Assembly: GCA_012295275.1 (NCBI GenBank)
Contig: CM022674.1
Span: 15,128,001 to 15,192,000, forward strand
Direction of reading: 5' to 3'
Source of the DNA: Chrysomallon squamiferum
Lineage: Eukaryota; Animalia; Mollusca
DNA length: 64,000 nt
The translations under genes were made by a program, and so were the position numbers. The notes beneath the pieces are model-generated. The model was not told where the DNA came from. It ran no database searches and saw nothing but the letters and a program-made list of their open reading frames with translations. How positions within the stretch are numbered: position 1 is the first letter of the stretch; the number at the start of each line of letters is the position of its first letter. This document shows, one piece after another, positions 1 to 13,200 of the stretch.

Positions 1-268
1 TACTACCATCTCGACAGCACCTTGAACAGAAATCTTTCTTCTTTATTTTCCAATAAATGTTTTTCTTTTTCTTCTTCAGTAATCTAAGTTGTAATTGCTA
101 TAACCAGTAACGGGACTAATTTAAAGAAAATGTCATCGGTGAATATAGAAAAACTGATGATGAACATTAGCAAATTCATCCTCAGCTCAAGGTAATTTTA
201 ATTTGAAAAGAAAGCAGATATTGTGTTGTAAAAGGAAATACATTAGAGAAAAAAACAGCAAAAGGAAA

Positions 269-397
<129 letters not shown>

Positions 398-1258
398 CAA
401 GAGAAACAGAGACAGCAGAAGGAAATAGGGACGAAAATGAACATTAAGAAAGGATGTAGAGAGAAAGGAAAGAGCGAGAGAGACCATTATGATGAGAGAA
501 AAAGTATATAGAGAAAGACAAAGTCTGCACTTTTATTAGAAAGAGAAAGAGTGCATAAGAAATTGATGAGAAGTTTGTTAAAAAAAATATTTCGCATAAT
601 TTAAACCCGTCAGTTTTTTTACATTTTTTTATCACAAACATTTATATTTTTTCCCTAATTATTTCTAACCCGTTTCTTTGACATTAAAACTTTTCAGTTG
701 GCTTGTTAATACACTTTGCTTACAGCAGTTTACAAACTAATCGAAATTTTAAGAAAAAATACAACAAACAAAATCTATAATCTAAAAATGACAATTAATG
801 ACAGATTACAGAAATAGCTGTTGTGATTTATAAAAAAAGTAATAAAAAAAAAAAAAAATGAAGGTCGTGTTTTAGAACAAAGTTAATAACGTAGCTGGCT
901 TAGCCAAAAAAAAAAAAAATAATAATAAAAAAAAAATATATATATTTGTTTATATCAGAACTGTAAATTTTATCCAGTACTTTGGCGTTTGATGATTATC
1001 ATTTTCTCTCTTAAAAGTTATAAACTTGAAGGAAAAAACTAAACACTAAAACATTTTTTTTCAAATCAAAATAAACTTAAGCGTGTAACATAACGAAAGT
1101 TTTTGTATGTTTAAATAGTTTCTTTGCAGTTCAAGTATATCGAAATAAAGTTTCAAAGTATCAGTATTATTATTTTTTTATGATTTGTTATAACTATAAA
1201 CATGTGAAATATGTGTTTGGTTTGACTGTCTTTAATGAAAGAGTATTATTATTTTAAA

Positions 1259-1318
1259 CATAGAAATTTGAATAAATTCCATAGAAATTTGAATAAGCTT
1301 CCATAGAAATTTGAATAA
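1259..1318. repeat. Short tandem repeat, ~3 x 21-22 bp (catagaaatttgaataa...ttc)
   Basis: Three copies starting at 1259, 1280 and 1302. Confidence 0.85.
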
Positions 1319-1710
1319 TAGTAATAATAATAATAATTCTGACAGTATATTTCATATAACTGTATATATAGAGAGAGTAAAAACACACATTTCGTTCCAA
1401 AAAATCAAAAACACATATACATACAAACTTAAAAACGCATACGCAAATACACATACATACACATATACAAACATATATACCAAATAAATATATGGAATCG
1501 ACAACAATAAACTTCATCATTATGATGATCATGACCATCTTCTCCATCATAAAAGCTATTATTATATAAAAGAAATAATATGAGTCGAAAATTAAACTAA
1601 GCTGTGGTCCATTTAAAACTGATAATTTTCAATCGGTGATTTGTTCCATACATCTAATATTATCCCTTTTCGTTCATTCATTCATTTTTCCTTCTTTCTA
1701 TCGTCACTCA

Positions 1711-1758
<48 letters not shown>

Positions 1759-3312
1759 GTTATTGTTGTTGTTGTTGTTGTTGTTGTTCTATTAGTCATG
1801 TGTGTGTGTGTGTCTTCACATTATTTTACACTTTTGTCATTGTCCTGTGCATTATTTGATTATTATTACAATTATCACCGTCATCGCAAATAAAAAAAAA
1901 AAAAAAACAATACAAAGAAATTAGATTGCGGATGATTATTATTTGTTAGGAACGACAATCGTGTATCACGGAAATAAGTAATAACAAAGTAGGGACGTCT
2001 AGAAAATGATACATATCTCCTAGCTCGTAAATAATAGATACAGAAATGGGATTTCCCTTTCAGCAGTGTATCGATTTTAAAGAACGCTTCTGTACATGAA
2101 AAGATTTTCTTGTGCTGCTGCACAAGTTTAATTTTCCCTCTGGCTGCCTCAATTGTTCTTCCCCGCGTTTTGTCAGTTTTTAAATCGACTTCGGCATTAT
2201 CTTTTTAATTTATTTCTTCATTTAGACTGTTTGTATTTCCACGTTTTGCTCCTCTTTTGTTTACGTTTCTTCAGTATTTTTTTGAATTTGTTACTGTTTT
2301 GACTTTTCTTGTTTTTTATTTTTATTTTTGTTATTATTTCTTCTGTTATTAACATTATTGTTATTATTCTTCTTCTTGTTATTATTAGTAGTAGTAATAG
2401 TAGTAGTAGTAGTATTACTAGTAGTAGTACTAGTAGTACTAGTAGTAGTAGTAGTAGTAGTATTGATAGAACTATTACTACTACTACTACTACTACAACT
2501 AATTCTCTACTACTCAATAGTTATTTCATTTATCATTCCTTTATTCCTGAGTGAATTTTTTTTTTTATTCGTCAGTACTTCCATCTTTCAATCGACATTC
2601 ATTTATCCGCCCAACCATCAATTTACATGCTTTCGTTTGACAGACATCTATAATTCCGTCAATCACTTAATCCAAGAATGCATCAATCCTTCTACCAATA
2701 CCACTACTACTATTACTACTACTACTACCATTTTATTACTAGTACTGCTACTATTACAACAACTGATGTTAATGTTATTTTAACTGCATCACCACCACCA
2801 ATATTAATTTTAAAAAGAATGAATGAATAAATAAATGAATAAATAAATGAATAAATACATAAATAAATGAATAAATAAACTGTTTTGTCTCTTCTTGTTT
2901 CTTTCGTTGTTGTTTTTTTTTGTTTTGTTTTTATTTTTCTTTTGTTTTGAAGTTGTTCATTTATTATTTTTATTTTGATTATTATTTTTTTCCCTTCAGA
3001 TATCCCGAAAGGATAACAAAAAAGAAAAGAAAACGAATGACATTAAAAAAAAAAAGAAAAGAACAAAACAGAAAACGAACAGCAAGAAATTCCAATAAAC
3101 TTTAAGTAAAATAAACGGACGATCAACAATAAAGAAACAATAAATAAAAGAATTTAGAAAACACAAACCCGCGATAACTGACACGCTCTGATGCTGTTAT
3201 TAATTGCCAGTCATCTTTTACGTCCACTAATCACTCACTAAACTGTTTTATAAAAGCCTTAGAAAATATATATTTCTCCAGAAAATGGATAAACAATCAT
3301 CTACTCACTCAC

Positions 3313-3419
3313 CTTGGGTCTGCCCTAATGGCGCGAAAGTTTTCCTGTCGCTATTTCCATCGTCTGCAGAGTCTGTCGTCTGGCCTGAACGGCACGTGCG
3401 GCGGTTACGGTGAGTCGTT
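3313..3419 (-). other. Orphan 107-nt exon of a second minus-strand transcript (5' UTR or unrecognised coding exon)
   Basis: Consensus acceptor ttttatttcAG and donor AAG|GTGAGT bracket a GC-rich segment. One frame is open (TTHRNRRTCRSGQTTDSADDGNSDRKTFAPLGQTQ) but is not recognisable. Confidence 0.55.
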
Positions 3420-4189
3420 CTGAAATAAAATTACCAGCAGATATTTGATTCATTTATACCAACACTTCATCGTCCAGTGACGGAATGACTGGCATTTTTA
3501 TTTCCTCGGTTTCGCCGTCTGTACAACAGATTTTAACCAATCAAGATCGGCGTTAGAAAAAAAAAAAAAAAAAAAAAAAGAAAGAAAGAAAATGTAGGGA
3601 GATGAAAGATCGATAACTCTCGAGTTAGTTGGTCGGTTGGTAGTTTTGTGTTCGCCAAGATTCGGACTGGGAAACAAGCTTATATTTTATCTCTCTATCT
3701 GTGTGTCTGACTCTCTCTGTCTTTCTATCGATTTATCTGTCTATTTAATAAGCTTAATAATTTATTGTTTTATTGTTGCTGATTTTTATATTGGAAATGG
3801 GCCGCTACTGCAAAGCACCACTACATTCAAGAGGGATATGGGAACTCATAATATTATGTTTTGCCAGCAGTGACATATAATGCAAAAACATGGATACTAA
3901 ACACGCAAACAGCAAACTAGCAGCCACAGAAAGCTGAATAGATTATATATTAAATATCACAAATCAGGATAAAAAGAAAATCAAAAACAAAAAACAAATA
4001 AGCAATAAATAAATAAATGAATAAATAAATAAACACATAAATAAATAAATAAATAAAATAAATAAAATAAACAAAACATTTGAATAAGATCAAAATAAAC
4101 AGCAAACAGAACAAAACAAAACAAGGGAGAAAGAAAGAGAAACAACAACAAAAAGTTAAAAAAAAAAAAAAAAAAAAGAAGCCAAACAA

Positions 4190-4405
4190 AACACACATCA
4201 CTAAAATAAAAGAAGTAATGGACATTTCCTATCACCACTTGGAAACCACACAAACAGCTGGATCAAGAGGGAGACCAGAGAGACTATGGAAGAATGAACT
4301 GCAGAGAATAGCACAAGACAGCAATATACGGAAACAACAAGTTGAGATTTTCGTCCCAAAATGAGACACTACGGCTGCGTAAAGAAAAGGATGATGATGG
4401 GATGA
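4190..4405 (+). mobile_element. 3'-terminal fragment of an RTE-clade LINE (decayed)
   Basis: Translation ...GSRGRPERLWKNELQRIAQDSNIRK... resembles the RTE ORF C-terminal RGRP..W.....AQDR..W motif, and is followed by a short (GAT)n tail typical of RTE 3' ends. Recognised from memory, not by search. Confidence 0.5.
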
Positions 4406-4734
4406 CTTTTTTTATTGAAAATAAATCAATAAAAAATAGTCCCAACATAATCTAAAAAAAATACGGCAATTAACGGAGAATTAAAATTAACGAAAAATAT
4501 ATATAAAAAAAAAAATATAATAAAATAAAACAGCGGGTAGTAATTCATTAGCAACAATTTATCTATGAAGTCTTATGGTAGATATATATCTGTATTTATT
4601 TTTTGTCATAAGCATCTGACTAAGCAAAACCATGTTGTTGTTTTTTTTTTTAATATTATTAAGTGTATTGAAATCCTAAAGTTAAATAGCTAAATAAATC
4701 TGAGAAGACGTTTCAATGGCAATAAAGAAAAGAT

Positions 4735-4900
4735 GCATTGTTTAACAGCCCATTTCTCAGGTACCCTTATACGATGTGATGCATAATTAAGAAATGTGGT
4801 TAAGAAACATACAGATAATGAGAGGAAACCTGCATAATTTAAAAAGTAGTAACAAGGAGCATTTATCGATATTAGAAACAGAACACATGTAGATAGGAAG
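4735..4900 (-). mobile_element. Decayed SINE 3' portion (inverted)
   Basis: atgtggttaagaaacatacagataatgagaggaaacctgc resembles the reverse complement of the same SINE tail as near 10450. Confidence 0.35.
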
Positions 4901-5464
4901 GTTTCTAGACAGTCAGAGATACACAGAGAAACCCACTGAGAGAAATTAAACTTATTTCATTCTAAAATATTATATCCATTGTTACGACTGCACAGACAAT
5001 TTTTTACTGAAACTCATTGAACAGGCGACTCGAATGAACGTTTCAAGTGTTGTTTAATAATAAATTAATTTTAAACACGAGGGAGAATTGTGTAACGGAA
5101 AGACGGCATTAAGCGTGTGGTGGACTGTATCAAAATGAAATCGTAAACCAGAAAGATAACGAAAAAGAACAATCAAACAATCAAACAAGACAAAAGTAGA
5201 AAAAAGAATCGTGGAGAAAAGTAGAAAAGAGAGAGAGGAAGTAAGTAACCAAGCATGGAAACAACGAATTAGAAAAAAGATGAAAGCGAGGAATAACTAT
5301 AGAAATAGAATTAAAAAAACAATAAGAACTGACACATGGAAGAAAGACCAAGCAGAATGATAAATACGTTATTATGAATTTTTAATCAATGATTTTTGTT
5401 ACGGTGTTATTTTTAAATTTTCTATTCAAATTACGAATTATAAATTCACTTTCTCTCTTTTTCA

Positions 5465-5527
<63 letters not shown>

Positions 5528-6759
5528 CATTATTATTATTATTATTATTACAAACGAAAATGAAACCTACATTCAGTCATGAACTAAATATCTCTCAATC
5601 TCTTTCTCGCATCTATATTAAACACGACTCCGTCGTTGTCACGTTGTACAACGTCAGTTTTGACTCGGGCACGGTTCATTCTGTCACACATACATCAGTG
5701 ACGCAGTCGAGTGGTAAATTGTCCACACGAAATGACCCAACACTAACTGGCTGCGGTCGTTTGGTGTACGTAAATTTTTGTTATAAACATTGATTTTTTT
5801 GCGGTTAGTGAGTATCGTTGGCGGCCATTTTGTCATCGTGTTATGCCGGAAAGCAGACGGAATGTCGTGATATGGGCGTTAAATGTGTGTTAACTAGAAA
5901 CACCGAGCCGTTTCTTAACACCCAGGTTGTTAGAGTCGTATTACTACGAAAATAAATAAAATGAAGAATCCCACAATAAACCTAATACCTAACATCAAAA
6001 GCATTGATAATAATAATAATTAAAACAATAAAATAAATAAACTGAACAAAAATGCAATAAGATAAAATTTTCAAAAGCTAGAAGAAAATAATAATAAGAA
6101 GAAGAAGAAAAAGAAGAAGAAAAGCTGAATAAATGAACGCAAGATTATACACTACACTCCGAAAGCAAAACGTTTTCAAATATTTTCAACAGTATATGGA
6201 TTCCGAATTAAAAAGGTATTACTGAAGTACAAAGAAACTACAATTTTTTTCACTTAGGATAATGACACATCACGACTCATGCGATGTTATAATCAGTTTT
6301 AAATATATAAATTTTAGGAAACGCTGGAAGCGCCAATGTTCTTACAAACCGATACTGAAAAGGCCATCACACGTTTTTGTCACATTAAAACAAAGTAAAG
6401 GACAAAAGAAGAAAAAAGACTAAGTAGAAAAAGAAATTCTGTGGTAAAAGAGTACATTAAGTGGCAGTCCTCTTCACAACGCCTTTGGCTGAACTGCATG
6501 GAAAGACCTCTGGAGTTGCAACACGAATAAACTGACATATTGTACGTTTCTAGATCGCGTCTTGTTTCAGGTAGATAACGTGAATATAGAAGACTCTATA
6601 ACCAACATCTGAAGTCTGATATTTAAAATTGAGGCGATAGTGTTGAAGCTAATGATGTTTTTTATCGTCACCACAATCATTATTTTCAGTTTCATCATCA
6701 TTTGCTTGTGTGCATTGTCTAATTCGTAATTAAAAATTAAAAACAAAATAATAAAAAAA

Positions 6760-6763
<4 letters not shown>

Positions 6764-6832
<69 letters not shown>
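6764..6832. repeat. (AAT)n microsatellite
   Basis: Direct reading; one of many (AAT/ATT)n tracts. Confidence 0.95.
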
Positions 6833-6835
<3 letters not shown>

Positions 6836-7559
6836 TAATGTAATAGAATCCTATTTATTCAATAACTGTCATACGTTTCTCAAACAGATATACAGAGCTA
6901 CAATTCATGAATTAGTTATCAACTAGAACCACAAGATCTGCTAGATTAACTTCTCCAAAAACAGAAAAATATTAGCATTAACTAGATCATCTTCATCACC
7001 ATATTTATTATTATTATATTTCTTTTGTCTTATTAATTATATGGAATGACATATGTGATGGTGGTAGTTGTGACAATAGAACAAGAACATTTATCAGCTG
7101 CAACTAAAAGAAGAATCACAAAAACAGTTAATAAAAAAAAGAGTTAATAATAATAAGAAAGAAAGGAAAAATAAATAACAAAGGAAAAAAGACAAATTCA
7201 GGAGTCACAACAGCTAAAAAACACATTTGTCTTTAAAAACATCCAGGAATATTATATTAACAGCAGAAATATGACAACATTACTACTTTTTCTTTCTATT
7301 ATTTATTTCCTTTTCCAAGGCCAGCTATTTTTCTATTTTGTTAAACCATGATATATTTCTTCAGGAAATCATAGCCTGCAACAACGAACTTCTGAAAATA
7401 GATGCCATTAAATTTTACGCTTTGCTTTTTTTGAATCGACTTTGCTATACTTAAATCCAGCCATGAAATATTAACAAAAGCCACGCACTATGTTACACAA
7501 TATTAAGCGAGAGAATGCGTCACGTGAAAGTGTTTGTCTGCTGCACGGGAACACTGAAC

Positions 7560-7655
7560 TCGTTTCCAGTTGGTAGCCCGTCGATGACGTGTCGTTCCAG
7601 TCACTGCTTGACGCCTGATTCTCGAAATGTTCTGGTATGTACTGTCCTACACTTA
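7560..7655 (+). mobile_element. Decayed SINE body fragment
   Basis: tcgttccagtcactgc...tggtatgtactgtcct is similar to 43447-43467 and to the recalled gastropod SINE core. Confidence 0.3.
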
Positions 7656-9197
7656 GCTGACATTGTGCGAAAAAGGGAAATGAAATATGACAGGTTTGGG
7701 TTACATGGTAGACGTTATTGCACTGTTTTTGATTATGATAATCCTGAAGATGATTATAACTGTAGTTATATAAAATGGAAGTGCTAATGTATATGAAGAT
7801 AATGATGATGATGATGATAATGATGCAGGTGAAAATAATGATTGTAGTGATGATAACACTACCAACATCATTACCACCACCACCACCATCAACAACAACA
7901 ACAACAACAACAATGATATGATAACAACTACAACAACACAATGACACTAGGCATCCACCATATTCGTACATCTAAAACTGCTTTACAATAAAAATAACAG
8001 TAATTTCAATTAAGTTCTATGGCTTGTGTTTTCTTCTTTACGAAAAGATCGTCTCTGCTGCTTAACGGTTCCCCTGAGTTTTGTTTTAATCAGAGACAGG
8101 TGGTGGTAAAGCGTTTGTTATTGTCCGCGAAATAAACACTGCATAAAAATTATTAATTTATATCACATTTCTCTTACCGACAATGATGTTTACAGTGTGA
8201 AAAAGAATAAAATAAAAAGAGTGCATCACCTATTTTCTCGGTCGAGTGAATGAACGTTTAACTACACACGTCTACAAATAAAACGTGAACGCGTACTATT
8301 TTTTATCTGTTTTTGTTTTTGTTTTTGTTTTTTTAATCTGGATCGCATCCTGGTGTGTGAGTTTTGTACAGAGCTGTTTAGGGAAAACAAGCTTTGGCTG
8401 TTGAATTTAAAACCAGGAATTACATGGATTGTTTAATACTGACAGCCTAGTACTAAAGAGTGAATTTGGACGTCCGAGGTACGTAGATCGAATCACGATG
8501 CCGACACAGACATAATAAGGTTTATGTACAGATTCAGAAACACATGGATCGCTTCTCTTCAGAGACAACTGCGGATTGCTAAACAATAACCTTTTCTGTA
8601 TTGTCCAGCATTCTAATACAATCAATTAGCAAACCAAATTAACCAACATTATGATGGGCAATAAAATATCGCTGAATTGTTAATATTTGAAAGCTATTTT
8701 AAATGACTGATTGACTGATATTGTATTCATAATGGCGAAATATGAATGATTTCATAAAAATAATTAAATTGCTTTGCCAATACTTTGTATGATTTGTGCT
8801 AAAACATTACATATGAAATGAAATAAATGAATTTCTAAATGATTAATTCACTGCCTGAATGAATAGGTAAGCATCGAAGTAACCAACCAAAGAATGAAGC
8901 AGCAAACAAACAAATAAATAATTATACACGTATATAAGTAATTAAGTAACTAAACAAGTAATTACGTAAGTAAGAACTAACTAACAAAAGAAAGAAACAA
9001 AATAAAAAAAAACTTACCCATGTCAATTCAGAACTCCATGTTTGTTTACGCTGTGACGTCATTTAACTGTTACGTAATTATCAATTCAAAACACTTTGCA
9101 TGTCTAAAATAGTCTGATTACTGAATGATCAGGTAAATGTATTTGTTTGTTTGTTGTTTATATGACGTGTTCGATGACAGATATGTTTACATTTCTT

Positions 9198-9343
9198 TAT
9201 ATTATATTATATTATGTTATGTTATATTATATTATATTATTTTATATTATGTTATGTTATATTATATTATATTATATTATATTATATTATATTATATTAT
9301 ATTATATTATATTATATTATATTATATTATATTATATTATTAT
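9198..9343. repeat. (TATTA)n pentanucleotide microsatellite
   Basis: Direct reading; a shorter copy at ~24935-24985. Confidence 0.95.
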
Positions 9344-9667
9344 ACATTTTGCTAGTCTATCAGCGGGAATCACTCACGACATCTAGTTAATCCATACATC
9401 ATTATATCACTTTGTTTGAGTTTCTGTGTTTCTGCTTTATGTCTGTCTGTCTATTTACCTACCCATCCATCCATCCATATATACATGCATGCGTGCATCG
9501 ATCCATTCACCCACACATCCATCTATTAATCGATCAGTCTGAATGTCTGCCTGTCTGTATCTCTACCTACCTACCCATCAGACTGCTAACCAATAAACCT
9601 GTCATGATATATTTTTTTTTTTCCTGTGAAAATTAATTAATAAATTTCTCTTTCTTTCTTTTTTCCT

Positions 9668-9702
<35 letters not shown>

Positions 9703-10257
9703 TCTAATTATTTATTTAATATTTATTGAAGGAAAAGAAGGGGGGAAAAAAGAAACTATAATGATACATCAAAATCTAACTACATTAAGAATGTATTTGT
9801 TATTAATTTCTGTACGTCTGTAAAAGACATCCGTTTCCATGATTACTAATTTACGTAAATTACCGAGTTGAACAGCACGCCCAGTTCTAGACCGGCGAGT
9901 GTCTGTGAGACAGAGAAATGTCGAAGTATCGAGACTCACGCAAAAACCGAACACCAACCCTTGAGCTACAACTTGATTGACGAGCCCTTTATTTTTGACA
10001 GCAATTCTCGTCAGATAACTAATCTGGTTCCGTTACTTACGATCAACATTGGAGATTACGCTCAAGGGAGGCAACTCCGCGCCAGACAGGTTTTATTAAT
10101 ATTTGTTAGATGCTTGAGTGCAATTACAAGTTCGAGAATATCACTCTCGTAAAATGGCGGCGACTCGCGATGAATGCCGAGGGGAATGGTTTTAACATTA
10201 TGAAGGTAAAAACGGTGGAAATCAAAGCATAACCAGAGGCAAAGGAGGCACAGACAA

Positions 10258-10545
10258 ATAATGGTTTAGTTCGATGGTTAGAGCGTTAGAATAAGGTGCC
10301 ATGGATTGTATCGTCAATTTATCACGATATTGTTACCTACGCTGGCGCATCAGAAATCTCAGTTTGAATTTTGCTGTTTATGAGAAGGTTAATATAAAAT
10401 TTTTTTGCAGCTAAATCATAAATGTTGCCTATAAAGTTCTGTGAGTAGGTTTCCTCTTTCATATCATCAATATAAAAAGAAATCCATAAAGTGTGGTCTC
10501 ATAATGTTGAAATGTGTTGAAGTATGATTAAAAACGTTCGTTCAA
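10258..10545 (+). mobile_element. Decayed tRNA-derived SINE-like copy
   Basis: A-box-like head (tagttcgatggttagagcg) and a 3' part (ggtttcctctttcatatc...aaatgtgttga) resembling SINEs common in gastropods; a related inverted segment lies at 4735-4900. From memory only. Confidence 0.35.
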
Positions 10546-11790
10546 ACAAACAGTAGCACGTATTGTATCTGAGAGAGAGAGAGAGAGAGAGACAGATAGA
10601 GACAGACAGACACAGAGAGACAGAAAAAGAGATAGATAGAGACAGACAGATAGAGACAGACAGACACAGAGAGAGACACACAGAGAGACAGAACGAGAGA
10701 GAGAGAGGGAAAGTGAGAGAAGAAGAGAAAAAGAGAAAGAACACGGAGAGGGAGATGGAGATAGAGACAGAGAGAGAGGGAGAGAATGAAAAAGAAAAAG
10801 AAAGCAGACAGAGAGAACATATTTACTAAATATTATCACCCTACAAATACAAATAACAAAATGATGAAATATTAAATACAATGACATAAACTTGCAAATC
10901 AACTGAGGAATATCTAGACATTGCTACAATGACAGAAAATAAAGATCTGAAATATCGAGAGAAAATGAATCAATATCGAAGCTCACCTAAAAATATCTGA
11001 ATGTAATTCACTTCAAACACAGCCGTGTATATATATACCACTTCTTTCTGACGCAGAGCAACTTCAATCAAAAAACCCAACGCTTTACAATCGCTAAAAC
11101 AAATGCTGTTGTGACTGCTGCTACGGTTAACATCGTCGCCGATGAAGTACGACTAGACCCCGTCCCAGCAGACGCCTTTTGGCTTCTAAAACTGCCGTAA
11201 TACTTAAAAAAAAAAAAAAAAAAAGACACACATTCGTCAATAGGATGTAAATCGATGGATCTGTAGACCTGTAGGAGGGAATTTACGATAAAGAAGACTG
11301 AAAAGCGTAAACGAGGCTGGGATTCGGGCAAAGTGATACAGGATGTGCCATCTCGTGTTGCGGAGGTCAGCTAATTGTCCGTAACGATGTGGTATCGCTA
11401 GTCCGGATCTCGCCTCTGTTTTTGCAGCCGGAAATCGAACATCAGCCTTGAAACAATTTTTATACTCTTTGATCTAATTTTAAGGGTTTTTTTTTTTTTT
11501 TTTTTTTTTTTTTCTTTTTGTCTCTTTTATATTTACTGTAGTGTCGTCTTTATTACGACAAAAGCAACAACAACAACATCTACTACTACTGCTGCTACTA
11601 CATCATACCACCACAGCAATAGTTATGGTAATGGAAGTAGTAACATCTGCACCAAAAACAGTGGTAGCAACAGTAATAGTAGTTATAGTAGTAGTAGTAC
11701 TGTAGTAGTATAATAGTAGAGACAGTAATACTAATAGTAGTAGTACAAGTGGTAGTAGTATAATAGTAGTAGTAGTAGTAGTAGTAGTAC

Positions 11791-11826
<36 letters not shown>

Positions 11827-12122
11827 CAGCAGCAAGAGTAGTAGTTTCATTTAAATTACCGATTTTCATTCGGTTGTTATATTAATACGTACATGTATAT
11901 ATATATATATATACTTTTTTTTTTTTTTTTTTTTTTTTTTTATATATATATTTTTCTGTTATGATAGTAATAGAAGACTGCATATATTTCATAAGAAACG
12001 CTTTCGGGCTGGTAGCTCTAGACAATTTGCATAAGGGATTTAAATCGTGTTTTACCAGGCACTTTCTCTTGTGTTAACATCCTCCACTGTTTACACAGGC
12101 GAAGCGCTCGTACAATTCCTCT

Positions 12123-12182
<60 letters not shown>

Positions 12183-12185
<3 letters not shown>

Positions 12186-12465
12186 TCTGTTCAGTGCAGC
12201 CGCAGATCAATCGTAAGCAACGAGTACCAGTCGGGCCTTCGAGGAGGTTCCTGATCCAAGTGGACCAGTTCAGCGGAGGGCGGCCGCAGATCAATCGTGA
12301 GAGAGTGCTTGAGAGAGAGAGAGTACCAGTCGGGAGAGAGAGAGAGAGAGAGAGGAGGTTAAGCGTAGCTGATCCAAGTGGACCAGTTGTGTGAGATTAC
12401 TACGCGGAGGGTAATCCTCAGAGAGAGAAAAGCTTCATCGCTGGATGAGAAAGCAGAGTCCAGAG
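12183..12465. other. GC-rich insert within a (GA)n tract, made of two ordered copies of five exact blocks with different linkers
   Basis: Blocks gccgcagatcaatcgt, gagtaccagtcggg, gaggaggtt, ctgatccaagtggaccagtt and gcggaggg occur at 12199-12280 and again at 12283-12411. Confidence 0.85.
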
Positions 12466-12510
12466 AGAGAGAGAGGGGAGAGAGAATCAGAGAGAGAGAG
12501 ACAGAGAGAT

Positions 12511-12660
<150 letters not shown>

Positions 12661-13020
12661 ATCCATAAATAATTTGAGAAAAACTTGATAAATTACTTGG
12701 GAACAAATTGCGAAAGTGAAAGAACGAAGGATAGATCGATCCTTGTTTAATTTATCTTCATGTTTTATACATACATACATACATACATTTACATATTATA
12801 TACATACATACATATATATATATTAATTGAATTACTCATTCATTTAATTTTATGTTTGTATGTTTATTATTTCATTTATTTAGTTAATACTTTGGTAGAC
12901 ATTTATTTGTTATTTATTTATTTTTCATACTTTCTTTCAACCTTTCTTATTTTTTTTCCCTATTAGCTTTGTTTGTTTATTATTTATTTTCTAACATATC
13001 TGATTTCGTCATATTCTCTA

Positions 13021-13200
13021 ATGATCCAGCCGAATCCACATGCTCTGAAATAAACTAGACGATCCCAGAATGCTCTGCAACGACGTATATAATCCCACAA
13101 TGCTCTGCAATCACCCAGACGGCTCTTCCATGCTCTGCAAATACCCCACCATGATCTGACATGTCATGAATTAACCCAATCCCATCAAGCTTTGCAATGT
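13021..13200. repeat. Degenerate 30-bp-period minisatellite with conserved core ATGCTCTG(C/A)AA
   Basis: Core at 13040, 13070, 13100 and 13130 (exact 30-bp spacing), decaying afterwards. Confidence 0.8.

Noticed and set aside
10258-10320. tRNA gene
   Set aside because: Only an A-box-like segment; no B-box or cloverleaf. Better explained as a decayed SINE head.
12430-12462. Hammerhead ribozyme core (ctggatgagaaa)
   Set aside because: Does not fit CUGAnGA-stem II-GAAA spacing; no stem II between the motifs.
13040-13140. CRISPR array
   Set aside because: The repeat is only 11 bp, spacers are 19 bp and related to each other, there are no cas genes and the context is eukaryotic.
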